Below are positions 37,401-50,300 of a stretch of 64,000 nucleotides of DNA, one piece after another; positions within the stretch are counted from its first letter, which is position 1; the number at the start of each line of letters is the position of its first letter. The DNA lies in contig NIVC01001703.1 of assembly GCA_002269645.1 (NCBI GenBank), forward strand, positions 1 through 64,000, read 5' to 3'. The translations under genes and the position numbers were made by a program. The notes under the pieces are model-generated. The model did not search any database and had not been told where the DNA came from. It saw only the letters and a program-made list of their open reading frames with translations. The stretch comes from Macrostomum lignano (lineage: Eukaryota).

Positions 37401-39344
37401 AAAATTACGAATGTTTTTTACGTACCAAACAATAAAAAATGGCTTGCAAAGATTTGTAAGATCTTGTAAGACAAAAGCAGATACAGATCTGCTAAGAGAT
37501 TTAAGTAAGAACAGATCTGTTAAGAATGTGTTAACCAAAATTCACAGATCTGCTAAGAAATTTAAGTAAGAACAGATCTGCCAAGAATGAGTAAACAGAA
37601 CTTCATCTAGGGTTCAGATGCGCCTCACAATAGCTGCGGCTGAGCTGTCGGTTGCACATCTGGCCCATTCGGGTCAGTCGGGTCAATCAATTATATTATT
37701 AATATTATAATCAATTCAATTATTCAAGAAAATCGGCGCGGCCAACAACAAAGCTTGGACACCCGTGACGCACGGCATTGCACAACTATCACAGGCCTTT
37801 CTACTAATCGTGCTGGTTGTGGGCGCGATTGATCTTTCAGAGGGGCCATGACTACGAGATCTAATCATCTCTGAGATTAGAAAGCTGCGATTGACAGATG
37901 CGTCTCTGTGGACCCGTCGATCTGTTGTTTAAGTTGATCCAATGTTTATGAAAATTGTAGAAAGTGCAAAAGCAGCTTCAACTTGCTGGTTTGGGAGTCA
38001 CCGATGACGCAACTGGACGCTTGGATGGACCATGTTAATATTGCGCGCGATAGTGACAAAGATTCTGATACTGATACCAACAACTATTGATTCTTGTTAG
38101 TAATGAACACTTAATCATAGTCTATTTAGGGCCCATATAGCAAAGCAACGTTTTAGTTCGATTTTAAACTGTATTTCTTCCGCCGTCACTACACATTCTT
38201 AGTTTCGTTGCACCCAAAAAACTTTAGATCGTACGTATTACGAGCTACCAACTGTGACGAAGTTATTAATTAATATCTTTATTTTATATGAACTATTAGA
38301 AGATAATGTCGCGGAGTTATTAAGATGTTTTATTTAATACGGACTATTGGTGCCGTGTTGAGCGTTAATTCAATCTAATGACAATACAAATATTGATATC
38401 GCTTTTGACGCTCTAGATAAGACTTTAGACATTCAAAATAAGACTGCATAGGATCGCAAGCAAGGCCAGGCTAGCCACGGCCAGAGCAAGCCCAGTCTTG
38501 GCTGCAGGGATGGCTTGGCCATAGGCTAAAAAATGGAATATCAAAATGAGAATAAGACGCTCAATATGAGACTGAGTGTGAAAGACTGTTTGAAAACAGT
38601 CTTATTTTGAATGTCTAAAGTCTTATCTAGAGCGTCAAAAGCTATACTAATCCTAGCAATATAGCAAGACAGCTTTAGTGTAGCAATGCCTACTAGTTGC
38701 GCATATGCAAGATCCTATTGAGTCTATTAGCTCGAACTAACGTTGATGCCTGGCCTACAGAAGAACTAACACTCAGCGCTCGCGGGACACTCACACGGCA
38801 AAACTAACAAGAAACCAAATTTGAATCAGACCAAATTTGAACAAAGATAAATTAATGAGGGAAATTAATTGAAAAACAGAAAGAAACATGAGACCAAAAT
38901 AAATATAGTATTAACTATTAATTCCAACAGTAATCCTAAAACACAATAGAAAACTGCAATAACAGGGTTCGCTCGCATTTTTTTCTATGCAACTTACTAG
39001 CTCATCGTCCCTGATCACCCTGTTATTGCAGTTTTCTATTGTGTTTTAGGATTACGTGTTTTAGGATTGCGTTGGTGGCGACATCTTTGTAGCCGACGAC
39101 GTCACACAACCATTCTCACCTGGTAATCAGTGTAGGTCTTCTCCTCGGTGCCGTACGGTGCAAAGCAGAACTGGTGACCATTAGCCACCTTGCCCGGCAA
39201 CTGTTCGCGCTCGTGTAGGCACCTGGCTACAAAGACGTCGCCACCAACGCACACAGCGCCATCTGGGATCTCTCCATTGGCTGCTCTGATCCAGGACAGG
39301 CAGAGATCCACGCCTTTGCCGCTGCTGCTCTTGTAGATGCTCAT
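34495..39344 (-). CDS. DM9-repeat (DUF3421) lectin-like protein, paralogue b, 163 aa. Exons 39344-39120, 34761-34495
   Basis: Clearly homologous to paralogue a along its whole length; the intron is at the same position (after codon 75, YQ|VLCET) and is 4358 bp. Confidence 0.87.
34814..37700 (+). mobile_element. tRNA-derived SINE with a CORE-like central domain, split by E2 (34814-35044 and 37613-~37700)
   Basis: A box tagccaagtgg (34828), B-box-like ggtttgattcc (~34875), and gtgtccttgagcaagacacttaac...ctgtaaaatggg resembling the MIR CORE. The flanks of E2 rejoin seamlessly. Confidence 0.75.
35045..37612. mobile_element. Non-autonomous DNA transposon E2, 2568 bp, TIR ccctagatgaa, 2-bp TSD TT, AGATCT-rich subterminal repeats
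   Basis: TIRs and TSD read directly; AT-rich interior without ORFs. Confidence 0.85.
38401..38642. mobile_element. Foldback/MITE with perfect 46-bp inverted repeats and a ~150-bp spacer
   Basis: 38401-38446 is the exact reverse complement of 38597-38642; no clear TSD. Confidence 0.7.
38930..39055. other. Perfect 38-bp inverted repeat with a ~50-nt loop (hairpin or mini-MITE)
   Basis: 38930-38967 pairs with 39018-39055. Confidence 0.75.
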
Positions 39345-39744
39345 GCTTTGCTTGCGTTTTTTTCAAATGGAAATTATTGCCGAGTGCGGGTGTATCCGTT
39401 CTAGCCCGGTTGTAGAGCGGCCTAGCAATAGCTATTATATGCATGCAGCACCGCAACCTCATTCAGTCATGCAGCTGGACGGAAAGGAAAGTTCTACGCG
39501 TCACTCCTATTGCTTTGGCAATGATTTTCTTGCGGTGACTAATAAGCTAGCATAACCGCAAATGTATTTGTTACTGCAGTGTCAGCCAGTAAGTGTTTAC
39601 GTGACTCTGCAGTTGCCAATTGAGAGTCGTAGCCAAGTGTCCAGAGTGCCATAAATGGAAAGTAAAAAGTTACCTACGCAGGATCGCTTAGTAGCAGGCA
39701 GGGAGAGCAGAACTAAATCTTGATAGTCTGACCCACGACGGCGC

Positions 39745-40200
39745 CCTCTTCCCAGTAGCTCTGTCGCCCCCTTCCCAGTATAGCCTTGGCGCCCCCTTCC
39801 CAGTACAGCCTTGGCGCCCCCTTCCCAGTACAGCCTTGGCGCCCCCTTCCCAGTACAGCCTTGGCGCCCCCTTCCCAGTACAGCCTTGGCGCCCCCAATT
39901 TCCAGTACAGCCTTGGCGCCCCCTTCCCAGTACAGCCTTGGCGCCCCCAATTTCCAGTATAGCCTTGGCGCCCCCAATTTCCAGTATAGCCTTGGCGCCC
40001 CCTTCCCAGTATACCCTTGGCGCGCCCAATGTCCAGTATAGCCTTGAATTGGCGCCCCCTTGCCATAGCCTTGGCGCACACTTTCCAGTATAGCCTTGGC
40101 GCCCCCTTCCCAGAATAGCCTTGGTGCCCTCTTCCCAGTATAGCCTTGGCGTCCCCCTTCCCAGTATAGCCTTGGCGCCCCGAATTTCCAGTAGCCTTGG
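39745..40200. repeat. 25-bp minisatellite (ccagtacagccttggcgcccccttc) between DM9b and clathrin
   Basis: Read directly. Confidence 0.9.
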
Positions 40201-40784
40201 CCCTTCACAGTAGCTTTAAATTTGTCGCCACCTTCCCCAGTAGCTTTGCGCGCCCTCCGCCATTACAGGTAGCCAATTAGTAGTACACCTATACATGTAT
40301 GTGTATAGACTGAAGACGTGCGCGCGCGTTAGAAGTGGCTGCAATAACAATCTCACCGGCCTGCGCATTGACTACACTATGGATGCAAGCCAAATAAATA
40401 TATATTCGGTCTTGGATTGGGGCACCACTGTACGTGTCTATGAAACCATGAGACTGTCATGCAGTGAAGCTGTTAAAATTTGCCTCGATGAGCACTGAGT
40501 GTGTCAGTCAATCATTATACATGTCCTTAGAGTCATATAGCTCTATTGTGTATATCATTGCTGTGGTTCTCATTACAAGTACATGTAATGTATAATGTAT
40601 ATGCACATGTTACGAATGATGAGGATTCGACAGCAAGAAGAGAAGCGTAAATCCAAGTCATTTGATTCAGGTCTTTTTTGGTGGATGAAAATTGAACATA
40701 GTTTATTATTTTTCGTTTCTGCACGATGCGGTGCTTTTTCATTTGTTATAACAGTGCTATGAGTTGTGCATTTCCTGAATTTAA

Positions 40785-41154
40785 GGGGTCTCCCTAAAAC
40801 ACGCACCGCACCGCCCCGAACCGCTACACATTATAACATTTTTTGTCAATGCAGTATTTGATTGTAAAGAAAACTATTTGTTGTAAGAGTAATGGAATAA
40901 ATGTCTTTAATTATTATTATAAATATTATTATTATTTTTTATATTCTTTTTTTCATTATTAAATTATTTTATTAATATTATTATTATTATCACTTATTAT
41001 TCACCGAATTTAATATTTCAGAGTAAAAAAACTAAATTTAATAAAAACTTTGAAGCTTAACAGAAAACGCATTTTGAACTTTCTTCAGTTATAGTCCAAT
41101 TTGTTTTAATGTGTAGCGCTGCAGGGCGGTGCGGGGCGTGTTTTAGGGAGACCC
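40785..41154. mobile_element. MITE, 370 bp, ~50-bp imperfect TIRs (gggtctccctaaaacacgc...), 8-bp TSD gaatttaa (Merlin-like by termini)
   Basis: TSD at 40777-40784 and 41155-41162; AT-rich interior. Confidence 0.78.
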
Positions 41155-41306
41155 GAATTTAAGCATAAAGAATTTAACGGACAAAAAACTTCAATCGATC
41201 AAAAGAAGAGAACGAACGTAGGCTACTGATTCTGAGTATTAGGCAGTAGTCTTTTTAGACATTTGCTAGAGAGTCCCAGGATTACCTGATACTATTCTAT
41301 TGTATC

Positions 41307-44300
41307 ATGTCTCAGACAATTCCTATTAAGTTCCAAGAACATTTCCAGGTAAGACTAATAAAAATCGGTTTTTACAGATAAACGAGTATAGTATACATGT
41401 GTACTAGGCCTACAACTAGTAGTACTCGCCACTAAATAGTGTTAGTTAATCTTTATTGCTCAGGCTTCACCTTGCATGTCAGTATTTATAGTTCTATCAT
41501 CTCCTTTTCTTTTTTCTCTTTCTGTTTTATACTTTATTCTTATTAAATCCTTTATTTAGCCTTCAGGCCAGACTTTTTTGCTCTATGCTATTGTGTGTTG
41601 CTATAGGCCTAAATATTTAACCTATAAACATAATTTTTTACTTTTTAACATTCTTAAAATTTCTTAAAATATTTTTTTAAGAATGTTTTAAATTAAAAAG
41701 CTTGGTAATGCTTTTTTCAATGTCCAAGTTATAATTTATGGCTGCTAGCTACCCAGGCATGGGCTTGCTACATCTACATGTTCTTATTATGATCGGTATA
41801 ATATAGCATTATTAGGGTTAAGATTAGCATAGTTTATTTTAAATAAAAATATATAACTATATATGTAGTATAGGCCTTAAGGCATTTAACTAATTATCAA
41901 GTTTAAGAAAGTTATATGCTATCTTAAACTAGGCATATGCCTATTTAATTTATTTTCTGATTCAACTCAATGAATTTATGCTTATTTATTGTAAAGGGAC
42001 CTAGTTTAAACTCAACTTTCTTGATTTATTTTTTTATTAGCTCTATTATTTCCTCATATTTTCTGTCTTTTTGTTTTATACTTTATTTTTATCAAATCTT
42101 TATTTAGCCCTTTGCTTAAGCCAAAGATTTTTTGCTATATGCTATTGTATATTGCTAAATAAATATTTTAAGGGTTAGAAAATATTGAAGTTTAAAGATT
42201 TTGAGATAGGGGGAGAAGAAAAGGAAAAAAATAATTTAATTTATTTGAATATTTTCATGTTTGACATTAGTCAGTTTCTGACACCAATTTAGGTGGGATG
42301 GTTTAACTTTGAATTGCTACCTGCATTGTCTTGGCACTTGTAAAGCCGGAAAATCTAACAAACTAATACATTTAGCTTTTCTGTTGATACTTCGTCTGCT
42401 AGGTCCTCAATTCCAGGGGTAGGATAGTTATAATTTGCAGTTAGGTAGTCTTTTAATGGCACGGTCATTCAATTGAGTCCTTAGATACAATAAATTTTGT
42501 AATCTGTCCATATGCTCAGTTTGTTACTATCAGTAGTAAAGTAGTACTACCACCATTGTAATTTCGTATTACAGAATATTTAGGGCCTCAAGCTTTCTTT
42601 GAGATAAGACTAATTGGTTGTTTCATGCCCCGTGGGCAAATGACTCAATAGAAACTAAAGGCTTCAATTAGGAATGAGTGTATAAATATTGTTGTCACTT
42701 ATTAATATTTAACACTGGATAGGCATTAGTTAAACAAATTACTAAGAATTACTAATGTATTATTATTATTAATTGTTAATTCACTATGACAAGAGTAGAT
42801 TTGGCACAGCCAGGAGCAATTAATGAAATAAATTGGGGTTATGCACTGAGCAAATGAGAGATTAGCTATGGTCCAAAACAGAACCAGAACAAAAGTAAGA
42901 GAAAAGGGTGTTGAAAACTGAAACTGAACATGCAAGAATTTATACATAGAACTCGGCTAATTCCCGGGAATGGGACACAAGGGGGAACACTGGGTAGAAC
43001 ACACGAGGGAAAAAGGAATAAAACCGGCAGTGGATACGTGGTAAAACATATTAAAACAAGGATGGGACCAGGGAAAGGACCAGCAAATAAGTCATAATGC
43101 CAATAAAAGTTAAATAATTTTTTTTAATCTGTAAATTTTTCTAGTAGTCTTAAATCTAAAATTTGTAGCATTTTTATATTTATTTTATTATTTTAATATA
43201 ACAATAACATGGATAATGAAGTTCTTTGCTATCTTTTCTCACTATTTGAAATTTTCCTCACTAATGCAAACCTTTTTATCACTTTTCGGAACTTTTCCTG
43301 AATACTTTAAAGTCATTAAAACTTATCAGTATAGGAAATGTTTAGTTTTGTGGTTTGTCAAGATTAGGAAGGGGATATCAGCAATTAGTAAAGGTATAAA
43401 TAAAGATTTTCTATGTTCAATCTGTGCATGCAATGTATGAGTATATAACACTCAGTTAATTTTTTGTTACAAATTATTAATGCATTAATTTGTGCATAGG
43501 CATGAAAGGTGAGCGAGATGCACAGAAAAGGCACTTTAGGGGTCTATTTCAAGCGTGTTTTGGAAATGCACCTGTATACATATTATCCATATTTATGCTG
43601 CACATGTACACCTTATGCACCTCTAATTCACCTTTTGTGCACTTTCTGTGCCCCTTCAGCACCTTTCCTACACCTGCTGTGCCTCACTTGTGATTCTACT
43701 ATTCACTTTTTGCGTACCTCCAGTGCCCCTTATGCACCTTTAGTGCCCCTACCGCCGCAACCAATCAAAATTGAGAATTCACCTACTGCCTGACCACTTC
43801 ACCGATTTTACACCTTTCATGCCTCTTTTCAAAAATATTGGTGACATTTAGGCATAAAAGGTGCAGTCAGGTGCATTTCTAAAACCCACACAAAATAGGC
43901 CACTAAGGTGTCTCTTTTGTGCACCTCGCTCACCTTTTATGCCTCCGCAGGTGCATAATTTTTCCAACGGGTATATATACTAACTATAAACTTAGGAAAG
44001 TTTATTATCTTTATTGATTCTTGATATAATTCTTATTCTTAAATATATTATATATAAATACTAAGCTATAGCCTAGTGGTCTATTGTGATGCTTTGATGT
44101 GCTAGTGGCCTAGACTTCTTTCCAAGTGCAGCCATATTACTTTGGGGATAAATTGTAATCTTGGCTTAGGGCTGCTTGTGCAATGAATTCCCCCAAAGCA
44201 CAGTGAAAGGTCTTGTTAAGATTTGTTATGTTCAAAGACACTACGTGGTTGGACTCAAACTCTACTGAGGTTAAGCAACCACCAGTTTGCTTATGTACTA

Positions 44301-47300
44301 CAATTCTATTGAAACTCTACTGAGGTTAAGCAACCACCAGTTTGCTTATGTACTTCAATTCTATTGAAACTCTACTGAGGTTAAGCAACCACCAGTTTGC
44401 TTATGTACTTCAATTCTATTGAAACTCTACTGAGGTTAAGCAACCACCAGTTTGCTTATGTACTACAATTCTATTGAAACTCTACTGAGGTTAAGCAACC
44501 ACCAGTTTGCTTATGTACTTCAATTCTATTGAAACTCTACTGAGGTTAAGCAACCACCAGTTTGCTTATGTACTTCAATTCTATTGAAACTCTACTGAGG
44601 TTAAGCAACCACCAGTTTGCTTATGTACTTCAATTCTATTGAAACTCTACTGAGGTTAAGCAACCACCAGTTTGCTTATGTACTTCAATTCTATTGAAAC
44701 TCTACTGAGGTTAAGCAACCACCAGTTTGCTTATGTACTTCAATTCTATTGAAACTCTACTGAGGTTAAGCAACCACCAGTTTGCTTATGTACTTCAATT
44801 CTATTGAAACTCTACTGAGGTTAAGCAACCACCAGTTTGCTTATGTACTTCAATTCTATTGAAACTCTACTGAGGTTAAGCAACCACCAGTTTGCTTATG
44901 TACTACAATTCTATTGAAACTCTACTGAGGTTAAGCAACCACCAGTTTGCTTATGTACTACAATTCTATTGAAACTCTACTGAGGTTAAGCAACCACCAG
45001 TTTGCTTATGTACTACAATTCTATTGAATAAAAACCCCTGTGCTCAACCCAACCCAGCTGCAAAACATCGGCATCAACAATGCCAGCATCGGCTTCTCCA
45101 CGCTCACCATGGAGTCAGACCGGTTCATCTGCGTCCGCGAGAAAGTCGGTGAAACCGCCCAGGTAGTGATTGTGGATATTAACGATCACAGCAACCCCAC
45201 TAGGCGGCCAATATCAGCCGACAGCGCCATCATGAATCCTGTCAGCAAGGTGATCGCTCTGAAGGCTGGCAAAAGCTTGCAGATTTTCAATATCGAATTG
45301 AAATCTAAGATGAAGTCGCACACGATGACTGAGGATGTCACTTTCTGGCGCTGGATCACCGTAAATACTATTGGCATAGTGACGGAGACTGGAGTGTACC
45401 ACTGGAGTCTGGAGGGTGACTCTGGCCCGGTTAAGATGTTTGACAGGTGAGACTGTTTTGCTTGGGTACACGAGTATATGAGATTCTTTCCGAAATTCGC
45501 CTACTATCACGGAAGATTTTTGTTCATAAAATTCTCCGTTCTCTCACACAATGCCACCAAAAATTCTTAGAAAATTCCCCTTTAGGTACTCTCCCTTCTT
45601 TTTTTAATGAGAAACTCCTCAAAAGATTCTACATTCTTTGAAAGATTCCCCTTTAGCGGTTCCCCGTTTTTAGAAAGATTCCCCTCTAGTGATTCTCCAT
45701 TTTCTCGAAAGATTCCCCTCTAGTGATTCTCCATTTTTAGAAAGATTCCCCTCTAGTGATTCTCCATTCTTTAAAAGATTCCCCTCTAGTGATTCTCTAT
45801 TCTTTGAAAGATTCCCCTCTAGTGATTCTCCATTCTTTGAAAGATTCCCCTCTAGTGATTCTCCATTCTTAGAAAGATTCCCCTCTAGTGATTATTCTAT
45901 GAAAGATTCTCCCTCTAATGATTCTCCATTCTTAGAAAGATTTCCCTCTAGAGAGTTTCTATTCTTTAAAATATTCCTCTCTAGAGGTCTGTTCTCCCAG
46001 CTATAATAAATTCCCCTCGAGAGATTCTCCTCATCGGAATCACAACAAATCACCGCCGTTCTTTAGTTATATCCCTTTAGAAGTCTTTCTTAATTCACCC
46101 AGAAATTCTCTTGAGCTCACCATCACCCCCCCCCTTCGCGATGAAACCCGGCAGGCACGCCTCCCTGTCCGGCTGTCAGATCATCAACTACCGTTCGGAC
46201 ACCAGCCAGAAGTGGCTGCTCATCATTGGCATTTCGGCGCAGCAGAATCGCGTAGCCGGAGCCATGCAGCTGTACAGCGTCGAGCGCCGCGTCTCCCAGC
46301 CAATCGAAGGCCACGCCGGCGTGTTTATCGAGTTCAAATTGGAGGGCAACGCCTCCCCGTCTAACCTGTTCTGCTTTGCTAACCGAGGAGTACAGGTAAT
46401 ATTATGATTGTATAAATCAAGTCTTTACTAGGCAATAGTGTTGAACCCGTCCTATTCATATTCCTACCTATATCTTGCTTACAGATTTGTACTTTTAAAA
46501 TTTCTCAATATGCACTTGTTTTTTAGATTCTCTACTTTGATTCCCTCTCTGAGATTTCCCACTTTGATTGCCTCTCTGAAATTCCCCACTTTGATTGCCT
46601 CTCTGAAATTCCCCACTTTGATTGCCTTTCTGAGATTCCCCATCTGATTCCCTCTCTGAGATTCCCCATCTGATTCCCTCTAAGATTCCCCACTGGTTCC
46701 GTCTCTGAGATTCCCCATTTGATTCTCTCTGAGATTCCCCACTTTGATTCCCTCTCTGAGATTCCCCACTTTGATTCCCTCTCTGAGATTCCCCACTTTG
46801 ATTCCCTCTCTGAGATTCCCCACTTTGATTCCCTCTCTGAGATTCCCCACTTTGATTCCCTCTCTGAGATTCCCCACTTTGATTCCCTCTCTGAGATTCT
46901 CCACTTTGATTCCCTCTCTGAGATTCCCCACTTTGATTCCCTCTCTGAAATTCCCCACTTTGATTGCCTTTCTGAAATTCCCCACTTTGATTCCCTCTCT
47001 GAGATTCTCCACTTTGATTCCCTCTCTGAGATTCCCCATCTGATTCTCCTCTGAGATTCCCCATCTGATTCCCCTCTGAGATTCCCCATCTGATTCCCCT
47101 CTGAGATTCCCCATCTGATACCTTCTCGGAGATTTCCCGACTCTACTACCCCTCTAAGTAAAAGTACGAGTAAATTATTCGATCCTGCAAACTAATTATC
47201 CTTTAAAATTCCTCTCCCTAAACCCGCACCGGCAGGCCGCCAAGCTGCACGTGATCGAGGTGGGCCAGCCCGCTGCCGGCAACCAGCCCTATCCCAAGAA

Positions 47301-50300
47301 GCAGATCGATTTGTTCTTCCCGCCGGAGGCTACCTCCGATTTCCCGGTTGCTATGCAGGCCTCGCCTAAGCACGGCATCGCCTACCTGGTGACTAAATAC
47401 GGCTACATTCACATGTACGACATGGACACGGCTACGTGCCTGTACATGAACCGGATCAGCAGTGAGACCATTTTTGTCACGGCTCCGCACGAACCCAGCG
47501 GTGGAATCATTGGCGTCAATAGGAAGGGTCAGGTGCTGAGCGTCAGCCTTGATGAGGACAATGTTATCAGTGAGACTCTTGGCTTATTGCTCATTTTGGC
47601 TTCATAAAATCATTTTGCTTCATTTGGCTTCATTTTGGATCATCCCCTGACAATCTTGTTTATCCTCCCCTTGACACTCTTGTTTATCCTCCCCTGACAC
47701 TCTTGTTTATCCTCCCCTGACACTCTTGTTTATCCTCCCCTTGACACTCTTGTTTATCCTCCCCTGACAATCTTGTTTATCCTCCCCTTGACACTCTTGT
47801 TTATCCTCCCCTGACAATCTTGTTTATCCTCCCCTTGACACTCTTGTTTATCCTCCCCTGACAATTTTGTTTATCCTCCCCTTGACACTCTTGTTTATCC
47901 TCCCCTGACAATTTTGTTTATCCTCCCCTTGACACTCTTGTTTATCCTCCCCTGAAAATCTTGTTTATCCTCCCCTGACAATTTTGTTTATCCTCCCCTG
48001 ACAATCTTGTTTATCCTGCCCTTGAAAATCTTGTTTATCCTCCCCTGACAATTTTGTTTATCCTCCCCTGACAATCTTGTTTATCCTGCCCTTGAAAATC
48101 TTGTTTATCCTCCCCTTGACACTCTTGTTTATCCTCCCCTGACAATCTTGTTTATCCTCCCCTGACAATTTTGTTTATCCTCCCCTTGACACTTGTTTAT
48201 CCTCCCCTGACAATCTTGTTTATCCTGCCCTTGACCCTTGAAATCTTGTGTATCCTCCCCGTAGGATTTTTGGGTGTCTTAAGAACTCAGCCCTTAGATA
48301 TTATGTAACTAGCCCTGAGATCTCATAACCAACCTTGAGGTTTGACCTAACCAGGCTCTGAGGTCTCACAAAACCAGGCCCCGAGGTTGAGATCTCACAT
48401 AAACAGCCCTGAGGTCTCACCCTGAGATTCGCGCCCCTATTCCGCCACCCGCAGGCTACGTGACCAACAACCTGCAGAACCCGGACCTGGCACTGAAGCT
48501 GGCCTCGCGCAACAATCTTCAAGGCGCTGACGACCTGTTCCTGCGCAAGTTCAACAGCCTGTTCCAGCAGGGCAATTACTCTGAGGCTGCCAAAGTGGCC
48601 GCCAGCGCTCCCAAGGGCATTCTGAGGACTCCGCAAACTATTCAACGATTCCAGCAGGTGCCAGTGCAGCCAGGGACCACCTCGCCAATGCTGCAGTACT
48701 TCACCATCCTGCTTGACCAGGGCCAGCTCAACAAATACGAAAGCCTGGAGCTGTGCCGCCCCGTGCTGCAGCAGGGCCGCAAACAGGTGGTAGAGAAATG
48801 GCTCAAAGAGGACAAGCTGGAATGCTCTGAAGAGCTGGGAGATCTGGTTAAGCAGACCGATCCAACTTTGGCTTTGAGTGTCTACCTGAGAGCCAATGTG
48901 CCGCATAAGGTTATCCAGTGCTTCGCAGAGACTGGCCAGTTTCAGAAGATCGTGCTCTACGCTAAGAAGGTAAGCAAGAATCATCCTCAAAGCACCCCTG
49001 GAATCGCCCTAAAAACACCCCTAGAATCACCCTCAAAGCAACCCATAGAATCGCCCTCAAAGCACCTCTAGAATCGCCCTCAAGGCACCCCTAGAAACGC
49101 CCTCAAAGCACCCCTAGAATCGCCTTTAAGGCACCCCTAGAATCGCCTTTAAGGCACCCCTAGAATCGCCTTTAAGGCACCCCTAGAATCGCCTTTAAGG
49201 CACCCCTAGAATCGCCCTCAAAGCACCCCTAGAATCGCCCTCAAGGCACCCCTAGAATCGCCCTCAAATCACCCCTAGAATCGCCCTCAAATCACCCCTA
49301 GAATCGCCCTCAAACCACCCCTAGAATCGCCCTCATGGCACCCCTAGAATCGCCCTCAAATCACCCCTAGAATCGCCCTCATGGCACCCCTAGAATCGCC
49401 CTCAAATCACCCCTAGAATCGCCCTCAAAGCACCTCTAGAATCGCCCTCAAAGCACCTCTAGAATCGCCCTCAAAGCAACCCTAGAATCGCCCTCAAAGC
49501 ACCGCTAGAATCGCCCTCAAAGCACCCCTAGAATCGCCCTCAAAGCAACCCTAGAATCGCCCTCAAAGCACCGCTAGAATCGCCCTCAAAGCACCCCTAG
49601 AATCGCCCTCAAAGCACCCCTAGAATCGCCCTCAAAGCACCCCTAGAATTGCCTTTAAGGCACCCCTAGAATCGCCCTCAGAACTTATCAAGACAATTAG
49701 ACAAATCACGCAAAAATCCTACATCCGTTGCTATGCCATTGCCACCCGCCCCAATCCGCAGGTTGGCTACTCGCCAGACTACATCTTCCTGCTGCGCAAC
49801 CTGATGCGCATCAATCACGAGCAGGGACTCCAGTTCGCCCAGATGCTCGTGCAAGACGACGAGCCCCTAGCCGACATCAGCCAGATTGTCGACGTGTTCA
49901 TGGAGCAGAATCTCGTCCAGCAGTGCACCAGCTTCCTGCTAGACGCTTTGAAGAACAATCGGCCTAGCGAGGGTCACCTGCAGACTCGCCTGCTGGAGAT
50001 GAACCTCATGTCTGCGCCGCAGGTGGCCGACGCCATCCTTGGCAACCAGATGTTCTCGCACTACGACAAGGCGCACATTGCCAGCCTGTGCGAGAAGGCC
50101 GGCCTGCTGCAGCGGGCTCTGGAGCACTACACCGACCTCTACGACATCAAGCGGGCCGTGGTGCACACGCACATGCTCAACCCGGAGTGGCTGGTCAACT
50201 ATTTTGGCAATCTGAGCGTTGACGACTCGCTGGAATGCTTGAAGGCCATGCTGCAGGCCAATATTAGACAGAACCTGCAGGTCAGTGCATGCTTTGCTCC

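Noticed and set aside
44256-45028. CRISPR-like array (hairpin-containing repeats)
   Set aside because: There are no unique spacers or cas genes, and the context is a eukaryotic intron.
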